A DNA stretch of 64,000 nt from Eledone cirrhosa (GCA_964016885.1 OZ024741.1:52886001-52950000), one strand, 5' to 3'; numbered from the stretch's first letter, positions 46,082-57,737 are shown. Numbers and translations are program-made. The notes: a model not told the origin generated them from the letters alone.

Positions 46082-47800
46082 GTTCGTTCTGGAAGCAGGG
46101 TTACTTACTGAACGACCTCAAGTCACAAAATATGGTAGCCGTCACCGAGATCTGGAGTTCGGACACGCGCGCACTAGCCCCCATTTTGACGACTATCAGA
46201 TATTCGCATCTCTTAGTCGGTCCGGAATAGGAAGTGTGGTGGCAGTGTTGTTTAGGAAAGGCCGGAATCTTGAGGTACAGAACACCTTCCTGGACCTGGA
46301 TGATAAGTCGTTGGTTCAGAACGTGAACAATAGCGAAACTGGTGCCATTACATTGGTGACTATTTACACCCCCACCGGGACTGGACGGCCAGAGTTCTTC
46401 AGTCATAGCGAAGTCTTTGTAAGAACACCTTGCCCTTTATTTTTAGCGGGCGACTGGAACCGCATGTTGGGTGTGCGCTGGGATTGATTGGGATTAACAC
46501 AAGATAGACGCGGGGATGCAAAAGCCTCAAGAACCTGATCAAGTAGTTCCAACTGACTCATAAGTATCGACTAGATAACTTCGATGCACCAGCGAGGTTC
46601 TGGACTAACCACTTAGGTTCATATAGATCATATATAGATAGTTGTTTTTACTAGGTTAGTAGATAGGGATAGCATATGGTGTCTCCCAATTTCAAACTAT
46701 CACGTTTCAGATCATAAATCGTGATCTGCATAGCTGACCTAGATAGACATGAAGGCAGGAGCGTGGTTACTGGAAGCTTTTCTCCTCATCCAAGAGTCGT
46801 GTCCACGTCAATAGTTTTTTGTAAAGAAGTAGCAATAGAAAAAATAAAAAGAAGGGGGATTTAGTAGCTTAAATTAGAAGAGGCGATTAGAAGTGGTATT
46901 GCCACCGACGTGTGCGCTGCCAAAATGGTATTAGACCATTTCTTCAATGCAAAATGCGAAGCACGCATTGTCAGAGCTATGACGCGTGCTCATAAGGAGC
47001 TGTTCGATGGGCCCGAATGGCAGAAGCGGAGTGTGCTAACAAAATCACAATTCGGTCTTTGACAGGCCAAAACGAGTGTGTGCTCGTCGATTCCAAGCAG
47101 ATGTATGCGGTTTTTCGCCAGCACTTTTCACAATTGTTCTGGGCGAGTACTAAGTCGGAGACAGGGTCGGACTTTACTTCCTATCCCGACGGCTCACCAC
47201 GACTATCGCTGGGGGTGGGGGTTGCGGAGTGCTGCGAAAGGTCAATGACAGCAGCTAAGATTGGGGAAGCTCTAGCCGACTGTACGAGCGCAAATCGATC
47301 GGTTTGGATTGTCTGTCCCATGAGTTTTATGTAGATGTCTATATCCCTCGAAGTAATCTACTGTAACTGGCAGCAGAACAGGAGTATTCTTAGTTCTGTG
47401 AGTTGGGGTGTACTGAGGACGAAATACAAAAACAACCGGGACATCATTGATAATGTCCGGCTCATAACTCTGCTGAGCTGAACATAGTGTTTGAGATTTT
47501 GGCCAAGGTACTAGCAACGAGAGCCTGCTAGGGGAGGCACAGACGTGCGCAATCCCAGCCAAATTCATACACGACTATCCTCATCTAATGCGATACATCA
47601 TAAAGAGTGTAGGGAATAAACTCGACTTCAGCAGGTCTCTGACCAACTTAGATCAGTCTAAAGCTTTCGATATGGTCGACCATCGATACCTTGATGCTGT
47701 CCTGTGGAGTTATATCGAACCGCTGTTATCGTTTGTGGGAAGGATCCAGCTATAGACCGAATCCATCTTGAAGATCGCCCCATCGCCTTCTTTGTTGCGT
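46082..47800 (+). mobile_element. Older Tx1/L1-type ORF2 fragment (APE to early RT) with a large internal deletion joining it to a C-terminal piece
   Basis: VAVLFRKG, LAGDWN, GYWKL, LDQSKAFDMVDHRYL, then an abrupt jump at ~47702 to WSYIEPLL...SILKIAP. Confidence 0.8.
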
Positions 47801-47894
47801 ATTCAAAGGGACACCCATGATGTTTACTTGGGTTTCTTGTTCAAAAGAAATCGTCAAGATTGTCACGGCTGGACTGTCTGCCTGTATATCTTCA

Positions 47895-48058
47895 TGTTCA
47901 GACAGGTCTGATTGGTTAAGAAGTTTATTTCGAAATCATGATGACTCGGGTTCGACTCCACTGCATGGTATCTTGGGCAACTGTCTTTACCTTAGGCTCC
48001 ATTTAACCTAAGCCATGTGAGCAAAACTGGATATGCGGAAACTGTGCGGAAGCCCGTA
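47895..48058 (+). mobile_element. Degenerate tRNA-derived CORE-type SINE
   Basis: B-box GGTTCGACTCC followed by cttgggcaactgtcttt...ggaaactg..gaagcccg. Confidence 0.6.
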
Positions 48059-49794
48059 AGATGAACTGTATCTGTAATTCAAAGATCCAACATTATCCTA
48101 TAATGTGTCATGATGATTTGGATTCGCAATCATATTATGTATATACGTGTCTGTGGGATACTCAACCATATAGAATTTAATACATGGGTGGAACGTTTAG
48201 TAGATAAAACAACTGAATGCTCATTGCCGGAATCGACTGAGGACTCTTTACTCGATGAGAGATGATGTGGGGCAGGACAAAAACAATAAATACCCCATGT
48301 ACAGAAATAAGAACTACCAACGTAGAAGTTACTTAAAACAAATCTCATGGAAAGCATAACGTAAACAAACTATGACTAACATAATGTCATTTGCATGGCA
48401 TATTATTTTATTTATTTATTTTATGGCTTTCTCCTGCAAATTGTGTTGTGTATAATATACATTGACACCAGAAAGTTTTACAAAAACAATCTAGCTCCAA
48501 GTGGCAGACATCTACATCATCTACCTTAATGTATCTGTCAATTATGGTCTCTCGTATATCCTCTTGTTTGTTTCTCGTCTGAAACACTTGCAATGTTGTG
48601 TTATATCTTGCACTAAATGTATTTTCACTCCATCTTGGTTTGCTGCACGTCATATAAATACCTATATATACTCAGTGAATGTCGTTACACATTATACGAT
48701 TTCCTACCATTTTACACAATGCATTAAAACCGTCCAAATTGTATTCATTTTCTTTTTTTAGTTTACATTTTCTAAAATTCTTTCTGATAACTTTTAATAA
48801 CTTTATTAATTAGCGCGTTCAAACCTATACTGTATGTATTAAAGACTCAGTACTTAATGAAACCCTCCACTTTCATTAGCCGATCAAGTAGTTTTATTTC
48901 TTTATCTCTGCTGCAACAGCAAAATATTTTGTAAATAATTAAGATGCAATTTCAACTATACTTTCTCATGTTACTTTGACCACTTTTGATGTTTTACTTC
49001 TACACTTAATGCATACTACTATGCTACAGTCATCACGTGCAATTAAGTACGACTTGGTAGTATGTACACTGCTTTCGTGAAGGGTTTTAGGTATCTATGC
49101 TGTTAGTCACGAGCAAACACAGCTACCCTCCCGATCCTCCATCCATTGATCCAGTAGCACATCCAAAATGTGACAGCTGGAAGAAGAGACGGCTCTACCA
49201 GCACTGAACTGGTACTTTCTTTAGGAAAAGTGAACCTCGGCCGAATTTGATCTTAGAACGTAGTTATCTGGATCAAATATTCAACGTACAAACGACTCTT
49301 CCCGTCTTAACCCAACATATAGCCTAATATATAATTTATATAATTTATGTAGCTTAAACACATTTTCCACATACACACATCACATTTAACCTTATCATTT
49401 AGTTGGTTATGCTGACCTACAGTATTTAAACTATTTATCATTTTTTTTTGTATATTGAAGTATTTTATTGTAGCTATATATACATGATCACCATAAATGT
49501 AAGTTATACATTATTTAAAGTAGCTGGAACATAATTACTAAAATAGGAAATGTATTAATTATATACATTTTATATTAAATGTATAACAGCGCAATTAATT
49601 AGAATTTTGCAAGTTTCATTTTCAAATTTACGGCGTCCACCTCCTCTTCCACCACCTCATCAACATCGTCGTCGTCCTCATCACCAGCAACACCAAGATC
49701 ATCCCCACCAACTTCATAACCAACACATGCGCCACTTTTAACACCATCAACACTACACTACAGTGAACAATACGTTTAACACCACCATATATAT

Positions 49795-50490
49795 CTTCTT
49801 CTTCTTCTTCTTCTTCTGCTTCTTCTTCTACAACATTTTCCTAGGAGGGTCATGGTGGCAGAGTCCTCAAGCACGGGTCCCAGCGGATACTGTCGGGAGC
49901 AACCGTCTCTAGCAGATCCCACCAGATACTCATGTGAGACCAGCCGAGTTCATAGAAACTATCCAATCTTCTTGCTCGGGGTCTACCCTTGGGTTTCGAC
50001 GGTTGCTTTCGTCTGCAAAATATTTGCAGCGGTTCTTTCCCGAGACATTCTTACCACATCTCCGTAGTATCGGAGTTGTGAGCTCTCATTTCGGAGAAGT
50101 AGCAGCTGCGCATGGAGCGACTCTCTGATTTCTGAACTAAGCACTCTATCGAGTAACGTTACTCCAAAAGCCCTTGTAGGAACCCCATTTTGGCCGATTG
50201 TATTGACTTGCGCAGCCGGGTTGGAAGTAATATCGAAACTGATGGGTGTAGGATCAGCCGGCTGGAATTTGCGGACGACATGGTACTACTTAATTCGTCA
50301 AAGTGTACGTGATTGGTTTGCTGTCTGAGACACGTACCCTCAAGGAAGCCTGGGCTCTACACTGTACAAGTGAGTGGAGTTTCACTGAAGCTGGTTGAGA
50401 AGTTCAAATATCTCGTGGCCGTGTTCCCGAATGATGGAATGAAGGAAGCTCAATTAAGTGCAAGAATTGCAGGAGTTTATGCATTATTTT
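49795..50490 (-). mobile_element. Degenerate RTE-type LINE with inverted 5' segment
   Basis: Minus 49795-50200: VTLLDRVLSSEIRESL...SQLRYYGDVVRM plus (AAG)n tail; plus 50205-50490: ISRLEFADDMVLL...LKLVEKFKYL. Confidence 0.7.
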
Positions 50491-51085
50491 ACTCCCACTG
50501 ACAACTATAAATTTTGGTACTCTCTCATTTGGAAAAAATGGCTCACAAAGGAAACACCACTTTTTCATGGAAAACCTCAAACATTCTGTGAAATATGAAA
50601 ATGAGATTGATTTACTGACACACACAGTGTTCTTCTGCTGCAAGGACATAGGAATGGAGTAAGGTATATTCGTGCGTGCTACAATCACAATAGACGGTAA
50701 TGAATGCAAAGCATGGGAAACGGCGAAATTTACGTGTAAGTGGATGAGCATTTTTTTTGCAGGAACACGTACTGTTAGTGCATTTTTCAGGGCGAGTCAG
50801 CGTGACTCAGCGTGACAAGCTTGCGCTTTGAATTAAAGGTACAACACTCATTCTAACCAGCTGAATGGACAGCAACAACGCATAAAATATATATATCGAC
50901 AGTCAATCGAATTTCGTCATATATATATATATTTATATATATATATGTGTGTGTGCGTGTGGGTGTCTATACTGTATATGTGAGAGTATATATGTATATG
51001 TGTGTATATGTATATATATATATATATACACGCACACATTCTCTCACATATATGCATATAGCCACACACACACACACACACACCA

Positions 51086-51124
<39 letters not shown>

Positions 51125-51276
51125 GCAAACAAATACTTATACACGCATATATAACGTATACACATTCATAAATGCATACACAGGAATGCCTCTCCATAAT
51201 AACCAGTACAATTACACATATAAACACACTATGTTCACTCCTCTAACCAATTCCTCCACTATATTACATCACAACA

Positions 51277-51317
<41 letters not shown>

Positions 51318-51324
<7 letters not shown>

Positions 51325-51709
51325 TAGAAATGTTAGCTATCGCCGTATTTTGACTAAAGAAATTAAAGAAATTATTTAGCCTGATAGTGGGGTTAAGAAC
51401 CCTCGGAGAAATGGAAAAAGATGAGTATTGACGTACATGGGAGTCGAACCCACATCTTTGGTTATCCGGACCACTGTGCTGCCATTTACACCGATGTGTT
51501 GGTGTAAATGGTAGCAGAGTGGTCCGGATAACCAAAGATGTGGGTTCGACTCCCATGTACGTCAATACTCATCTTTTTCCATTTCTCCGATGGTTCTTAA
51601 CCCCACTATCAGGCTAAATAATTTCTTTAGTTTCTTTAGTCAAAATACGGCGATAGCTAACATTTCTAATAATTTCAAATCCACTCGCTGTTTCGAAAAT
51701 ATTCTTACT

Positions 51710-51712
<3 letters not shown>
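51318..51712 (+). mobile_element. Fold-back element with tRNA-like head: 175-bp inverted arms plus ~37-bp tail, in (TA)n
   Basis: Arms 51318-51492 and 51501-51675, 4 mismatches, 8-bp spacer; (TA)n on both flanks. Confidence 0.85.
51493..51564 (+). ncRNA. tRNA-like cloverleaf (pseudo-tRNA or Pol III promoter), not a canonical tRNA
   Basis: Acceptor GAUGUGU/GUACGUC (3 G-U); A-box TGGTGTAAATGG; D stem GUGU/GCAG (GCAC in the left copy); anticodon stem UGGU/ACCA with loop CCGGAUA lacking U33 and R37; T arm GUGGG-UUCGACU-CCCAU; T5 at 51574-78. Confidence 0.75.
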
Positions 51713-51753
<41 letters not shown>

Positions 51754-51799
51754 AGGATGAATATAAAATGAAAGTGCTTTTGTTAAAAAAGGAATTTAT

Positions 51800-51922
51800 T
51801 AGGTATTGACATATGTTTCTGTAACAGACCGAATACCTATGTATCGCTGCTTGCGTAATCATATAATGTTAGCAAGTATTCGATAGCAAATGTATAATCA
51901 GTTGTCACTTCTTCAGAGATTT
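51800..51922 (-). ncRNA. Hammerhead-like motif with ~90-nt stem II in the PLE 3' end (stem I atypical)
   Basis: CUGAAGA (51916-10), stem II base GUGACA/UGUUAC, GAA-ACAUAUGU-C (51819-08, palindromic stem III, GUC triplet); canonical stem I pairing is poor. Confidence 0.5.
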
Positions 51923-52390
51923 TGGATAAAATCAGAAAAATTGAAGTATTTATATTAGTAAAAGAGGAAGGAACAGAGGGGATAGTATATGACAGATGGT
52001 AAATTAATTTACTGCTAAACAAGTATATAATGGGTTTCTAATGAGAATACCATGAGTAAATCTAAATAAGAATTTTGGGAGTGCCAATTTTAATCTCTAC
52101 TTGACCAACTGGACAGTGGACAGGGCTGGTCATTTGGTGCAGTAGTATTAATTATAAAGTGTCAATTGGGGAAGGGGGAGATTTCGATTGCTACTAAATA
52201 ACATCTTAGTAGCCAGTTGTTAGTAGCCAGCTGGTATATGCATTAGGGAATTGAATCAAGAAATCAGAAATCTCATTTTATCTATAGCAGTTTGTATTAA
52301 AAGGTAAATAATAGAAGAGTTGATAGAATTAAGACTAATAAAGAATGTTAATATCTATTTTGACAATCAAACGGGGATAGAGACAGGCGT

Positions 52391-54709
52391 TCAATCCTGG
52401 TAGTATTTATAATATGAAAATGTAGATTTTAAGCGATGGTTACAGTATAACGATCGCTCTATTCTGTTATTTAATAAAATGTTTTTGGATTTCATAATAC
52501 AAAATAATTCTACATTACATAATTTACAAAATTCCTGTCCATGGAAATATGGGGGGGCAGCCGCTTTTATATCCCATTTTAGGTGAAATTGTTGGTTATT
52601 TTCACGCAGCTGCCAAGCCTTGTCTGCGAGTGTTGTTACATAACGCTGGTTTTCATGTTTTATCGAGTAACGATGTCTATAAAGGCGTGATTTGAAGGAG
52701 GTGGCTGTAGATCCCACATAGTACCACTTCTGTCTATCCGATTCGATAGTACATTTGTATACGATGTTGCGTTCAAGACACTGATTGTTCAACGGACACA
52801 TTCCTGGTTGGACACAGTTGCAATTATAATTTTGCGTTGTTGTATTGCCATGGATGGGTTGATGAGGTTTCTTATGTAGGACAGGATGTTGTTTGTTGTT
52901 TTGTGATGTTATAGCTAATGTTTTACGTGTATTGTTATGTGTTGGAAGGCGTTTATACAACCGTTTTGCGTTAAGCTTCTTTATATGTTGTTCAATATTA
53001 GGGGCGGTTGAATATGAAAGTCGAATAGTGTTAGGGTTTAAGATTTTATTATATTTATGTGATGTTGGAAAGTGTTTTTTAACTAATCGAAAGAATTTTG
53101 AGGGTAGATTGGTTTTAATAGAGTTGTTATAGACCGGGTTGTACCAAATATACTCCTTACATCGCCTTCTGTTTGGTGGTGTGCGACTATTATTGTGTCT
53201 ATTGCCGTAGTGTATGTATGGTGGTGATTCTGTGCTATTTCTACTCCTATGTGATTTATTTTGGGTGTTTTGATGATCTTTGACTATATACTCTATATTA
53301 TCTAGGTGACCGGCTTTCCTAAGTGCATCATCATAATACTCGGCATGTTCTTTGAAGGTTTGTTGGTTGGACGACAGGCGGGAGATCCTAAGAGAAACAT
53401 TTCTAGGGATGGATTTAATTATAGAGAGTGGATGGTTAGAACTCGTCTTTACATATTTAAGGTTCTCATTTAGTTTATGGAACGGTTTAATCGTATCTGT
53501 ATTGAGATTGAAAGTAACATCAAGGAAATTGACCTCTTTGAGGTTATATTCAAATGTAATATTTAATCCTAGTTCCTTAAAAAGCTTTCTGATATTTTTA
53601 CGCATCCTTTCTAAATTCTGGTTATTCATATGCTTAACTAATAGGAGCGCATCGTCACGGTAGATTCCACCGTGGAGATCCTTGAATTTTCCTTGTAATC
53701 TGTGGGTGATATAAATTCCCACAAGATCTGTTACTTCCGCCGAATCATTAGAACCCATAGTGATATCAAAATTAGAAGGTCTATCTTTGCGAACCCAGTA
53801 GCTATCATCGAATTTAACTATAGTTTTCCTCGCTTCCATAATAATTTTAATTTCAGCATCCGTAAGGTCGGAATTATCCTTAGCGAACGAAAGAGCTTCA
53901 TGTAGAGTATCAGGTGAAATTGAGGAATAATATTCATCAATATCAAACTGAATAAATTTTGATTTTTTCTTATCAGTAATGTTATTAAACCATCTTATTG
54001 CTTCATGAGTGTTACCCCATAGTTTAATCTCTACTTTAACCTTAACTTGGGGGATAATTCTGTCTAGTATATATTTGCTAATTTTGCCTATATCAGATTT
54101 AGAGGGGCATATAAGTCTAATATTAGAGTTAGTATCGAAGTTTACCTTGTGGTCCTTCAGGTTGAAGGATGGTATAGCTGGTGTTAAGGGTTGCGTTCTA
54201 TCGTCAATACAAAGTTTTTTAACAATATCATATGCCGAGTTGTTGATGTTTTTAAGTGTAGCTTCATTAGTTTTCTTGTATTTTTTATGCAATTCCTTAC
54301 GGATGAAGTTATTGTAAGTGTCCACATCCATGGTATATACGTTTGATGTTTTGTCTGCTCTAACAATAATTCCATTGGCGTTTTTTAGATTATTGAGCAG
54401 TGCCGTGATGTCATTCTGTAGTTTATTGTTCTTCCGTTTTGTAAATTTGATCTCCATGATCATATCCATTAGGTCTTGTTCAAATGAATCCAAAAGTGGG
54501 TTTGAGGGTGGGTTCTTGTAAGATTTAAATCCAAATTTATCCTTGTTAAGATCCGATGTTTGGTTTATACGGCTTTTGTCAAAATGGAATGTTTTCCATC
54601 TGATTCGTCGAATAAAATCATTGGTCCTTCGTATCATACCTAGAATATATTCCCTTTTTGCAAGAATAGGTATGTTTTTTAACGACATATCCAATTGGTG
54701 CCTTTCCAT
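52391..54709 (-). CDS. Penelope-like reverse transcriptase plus C-terminal GIY-YIG endonuclease (772 aa, uninterrupted)
   Basis: N-terminal SLKNIP...RRIRWK; RT motifs FDIDEYYSSI, FDITMGSND, IYRDD, VNFLDV, SSNHP; endonuclease CNC...CPLNNQC, IVYKC...YVG...FKSR, CKLCNVE, LLN...CNH. Confidence 0.93.
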   Translation of the reverse strand: MERHQLDMSLKNIPILAKREYILGMIRRTNDFIRRIRWKTFHFDKSRINQTSDLNKDKFGFKSYKNPPSNPLLDSFEQDLMDMIMEIKFTKRKNNKLQNDITALLNNLKNANGIIVRADKTSNVYTMDVDTYNNFIRKELHKKYKKTNEATLKNINNSAYDIVKKLCIDDRTQPLTPAIPSFNLKDHKVNFDTNSNIRLICPSKSDIGKISKYILDRIIPQVKVKVEIKLWGNTHEAIRWFNNITDKKKSKFIQFDIDEYYSSISPDTLHEALSFAKDNSDLTDAEIKIIMEARKTIVKFDDSYWVRKDRPSNFDITMGSNDSAEVTDLVGIYITHRLQGKFKDLHGGIYRDDALLLVKHMNNQNLERMRKNIRKLFKELGLNITFEYNLKEVNFLDVTFNLNTDTIKPFHKLNENLKYVKTSSNHPLSIIKSIPRNVSLRISRLSSNQQTFKEHAEYYDDALRKAGHLDNIEYIVKDHQNTQNKSHRSRNSTESPPYIHYGNRHNNSRTPPNRRRCKEYIWYNPVYNNSIKTNLPSKFFRLVKKHFPTSHKYNKILNPNTIRLSYSTAPNIEQHIKKLNAKRLYKRLPTHNNTRKTLAITSQNNKQHPVLHKKPHQPIHGNTTTQNYNCNCVQPGMCPLNNQCLERNIVYKCTIESDRQKWYYVGSTATSFKSRLYRHRYSIKHENQRYVTTLADKAWQLRENNQQFHLKWDIKAAAPPYFHGQEFCKLCNVELFCIMKSKNILLNNRIERSLYCNHRLKSTFSYYKYYQD

Positions 54710-55105
54710 TTTAGAGGCGTATGCTGAATTAGTTGCTCAACTGTATAGGAGATTAATAAAATTTCAGGTTATCAATAATGTAGTGATAATATATCGTTAC
54801 GTTAGAGATGAACAGCGTACGTGCAGGTTTGCTCAACGAGTATAAATTATATTCCGGAGAAAATGTAGAAAGGATGAATATATAGTAGAATAATCGAGTA
54901 TCGAAAAATCGGCGCACGAGTTCACGATAAACAAAATTCGATATGAGCGGCAGAGGGCTCCATAATTTAGATAAATCAGAGCTATAACTATCGTTAAAAT
55001 ACCGTCACACATAGAACAAGTCTATAATCAACCGTACGATCGAAAAGTTGCGATCTGGAAGATTCGGGACACTCAGATAAAAAATCAATAAATCAATAAA
55101 TCAAA

Positions 55106-55152
<47 letters not shown>

Positions 55153-55159
55153 TCCTCTA

Positions 55160-55343
55160 ACCAATTCCTCTGCTATATTACATCACAACCACTTCACAAC
55201 ATCTACACTCTCCTATCCCAACCCTATCGCCACACAATCACTGAATCAAATACAACTCTCGTTATAAACTACACAACTGCCATCATTTCTCCACCATCAC
55301 AATCCTCATTATACCTCCCCCCTCTCTTCCTTCACCTCCCCCG

Positions 55344-55374
<31 letters not shown>

Positions 55375-56250
55375 GTATCCGCCAAGCTTTCTTTCTTTAG
55401 TGTTTTCACTCATATCCTGCCCTTCCTTCTCTTCATTCGCCTCCTCCTATGATCTCCTCTTCCTTTTCTTATCTACTACTCCTCCTCCTCCTCCTCATCA
55501 TCATCACCATCATCATCATCATCCTCATCATCATCATCATCAACATCATCATCCTCATAACGAATACAATAACAAACCCGACACCAATACCCTGCCTCCA
55601 CCATCACAATCCTCATTATCCTGCTCCTTCCCTCCTTCTCGGCCACATTATCATCATCATCATAACAAATTCAACCACACAAACATCAACAACCCAACCC
55701 AACACCCCGCCACCACCATCATAATCAGTCTAACCACCAACTACATCTATTACTACTCCCCATTATATAATTCCTCTACAACCCCTCCTACCACCACTGC
55801 CGACGCCCTCACCACCACCACCAGCACCACCAGCACCACCATCATTACCTATCCGCCACCATTAACCCTCTCCCACCACCATTACCGTTCCCCCACAACC
55901 ATTACTTCTCCACCATCACCACCAATACAACCACCGTCGCCGCCGCTACTTCCACCCCACACCACCACCATACCACTACCACCACTACCACCGCCCCATT
56001 ACTCCATCCACCACCAACAATACCCCCCCCCCGTCAGCCACCAGCAACAATACCACCAACACCACTGCCCCCAACAGCACCAATACCACCCCATCACTAC
56101 CACCCCCATCACCACCACCACCACCACCAATACTACCACCACCAACACCACCCACACCGTCACCATCACTACCACCACCAGCACCAGCACCACCAACACC
56201 ACCAATACCACCACCACCACCACCAAGAACACCACCAACACCGCCGCCAG
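55160..56250. repeat. Low-complexity (CAT)n/(CCT)n/(ACC)n trinucleotide region
   Basis: Directly visible; the His/Pro/Thr-rich ORF is compositional. Confidence 0.85.
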
Positions 56251-56364
56251 TGTACAGAAACCAAACATGTTTACCAAGCCCTCCTGTTTGCTTCTATCTA
56301 ATATTTGAACACAGCTAATATCTTCAGTGTTTAGTTTCAAACTATTGGTATTGGAGTAGCAGCC

Positions 56365-56465
56365 ATGACAGCTATGACAGCGGTGACAGCGGTGACAGCG
56401 GTGACAGCGGTGACAGCGGTGACAGCGGTGACAAGGGTGACAGGGGTGACAGGGGTGACAGCGGG
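56365..56465. repeat. 9-bp minisatellite (GTGACAGCG)n, ~11 units
   Basis: Directly visible. Confidence 0.92.
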
Positions 56466-56549
56466 GCCTGATTCTGGCCATTATCGACCACCTAATCCAT
56501 GCAAACATTCCATTGACCATTGGCCACTAACCACTGATCATTACTTCTA

Positions 56550-56665
56550 TAAATCCCGCCGAGGTTAACTTTGCCTTTCATCCTTATGGGGTCGATAAAA
56601 TAAAGTACCAGTAATGTACTGGGTAATTGCTGGCCTTGTGCCAAAAGTAGAAACAATTACTTCTA
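56550..56665 (+). mobile_element. SINE 3' half (family of 45663)
   Basis: aaatcccgccgaggttaactttgcctttcatcc...gccttgtgccaaaagtagaaac. Confidence 0.8.
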
Positions 56666-56744
56666 TTCCTGATAGTGTGTCGGTGGCGGTGGTGATGAAT
56701 GGATGGATAAATTGGTCAGGGGATGGATGGATATAAAAATAGTT

Positions 56745-57340
56745 GTATGTATGTATGTATGTATGTATGTACGTGTGTATGTATGTATGTATGTATGTAT
56801 GTGTGTATGTATGTATGTGTGTATGTATGTATGTATGTATGTATGTATGTATGTATGTGTGTATGTGTGTATGTATGTATGTATGGGTGAATGTATGTGT
56901 GTGTGCGTATGTATGTGTATATGTGTGCGTGTGTATGTATGTATGTCTGTACGTATGTATGTATGTATGTATGTATGTATGTATGTATGTATGTATGTGT
57001 ATGCATGTGTGCATGCGTATGTAGGTATGTGTGTATGTATGTATGTATGTATATATGTATGTATGGATGGTTGGATGTATGTATGTGTGCGTGTATGTGT
57101 GTATGTATGTATGTGTCTGTATGTATGTGTGTGTATGTGTGTATGTGTGTGTGTGTCGTGTATGTATGTGTGTATGTATGTATGTATGTATGTGTGAATG
57201 TATGCGTATGTGTGTATGTATGCATGTAGAGATTTATGTATGTATGTATGTGTGTAGTGTGTATGTATGTATATATGTGTGTGTGTATGTATGTATATGT
57301 GTGCATGTATGTATATATCTATGTATGGATGGATGGATGG
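56745..57340. repeat. Degenerate (TATG)n/(TG)n microsatellite
   Basis: Directly visible. Confidence 0.95.
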
Positions 57341-57737
57341 ATTGATGGCTTGACAGCAGGGTGGACGGTTAGGGGGTTGTCGGGTGCTCGACTTTGGGCG
57401 GATGTATGTTTTATTTTTTCTGGCAAACCTAGGATAAGACAAATTAGAATGTCAATGAAGGTAAATGTGGAGATGTGCGGGTGTGGACGTGAGTTGGTGT
57501 AGGGTGTAGGGTGTTAGATTAACGACATCTCGTGATACTATTGTGTAGGTGTGTGGCTCAGTTATTAGAACGTTGGATTCAAAATCTTGAAGTTTTGAGT
57601 TCGCTTCCCAGATTGCGCGAGGTGTTTTGTCCGTGAGCAAGAGACTTTATGTCACTTAGCTCCTGCTCACTCAGCTGTGTCTCTCTTCCAGGACATAATG
57701 GTCTTTTGACTCCTTGAGTTTGGAACCTGCCCTAAAA

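Larger units (their letters stand above)
51749..55107 (-). mobile_element. Naiad-type Penelope-like retroelement with intact ORF, flanked by (TA)n on both sides
   Basis: 772-aa ORF with ~640-bp 3' and ~400-bp 5' non-coding flanks, each ending abruptly in (TA)n. Confidence 0.9.

Noticed and set aside
51425-51436. GTATTGACGTAC, similar to the GTATTGAGTAC tail motif
   Set aside because: It has a one-base insertion, overlaps the tRNA acceptor strand and has the opposite orientation relative to the tail; probably coincidental.
51493-51564. Functional tRNA gene (GGA at the anticodon position)
   Set aside because: C at position 33, U at 37, a mismatched top anticodon-stem pair and a short variable loop do not fit tRNA-Ser; kept only as tRNA-like.
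52391-54709. Selenocysteine recoding as reported for some Naiad elements
   Set aside because: No in-frame UGA inside the ORF; the terminal UGA follows the complete endonuclease domain; no SECIS recognised.
56365-56465. (Thr-Ala-Val)n resembling an antifreeze-glycoprotein repeat
   Set aside because: Only ~11 units of a 9-bp minisatellite; no signal peptide; the ORF runs into a SINE.
55400-56520. 302-aa His/Pro/Thr-rich ORF and the antisense (CHR/CHP)n ORF
   Set aside because: Both arise from trinucleotide and 9-bp repeats that lack stops; no domain or splice evidence.
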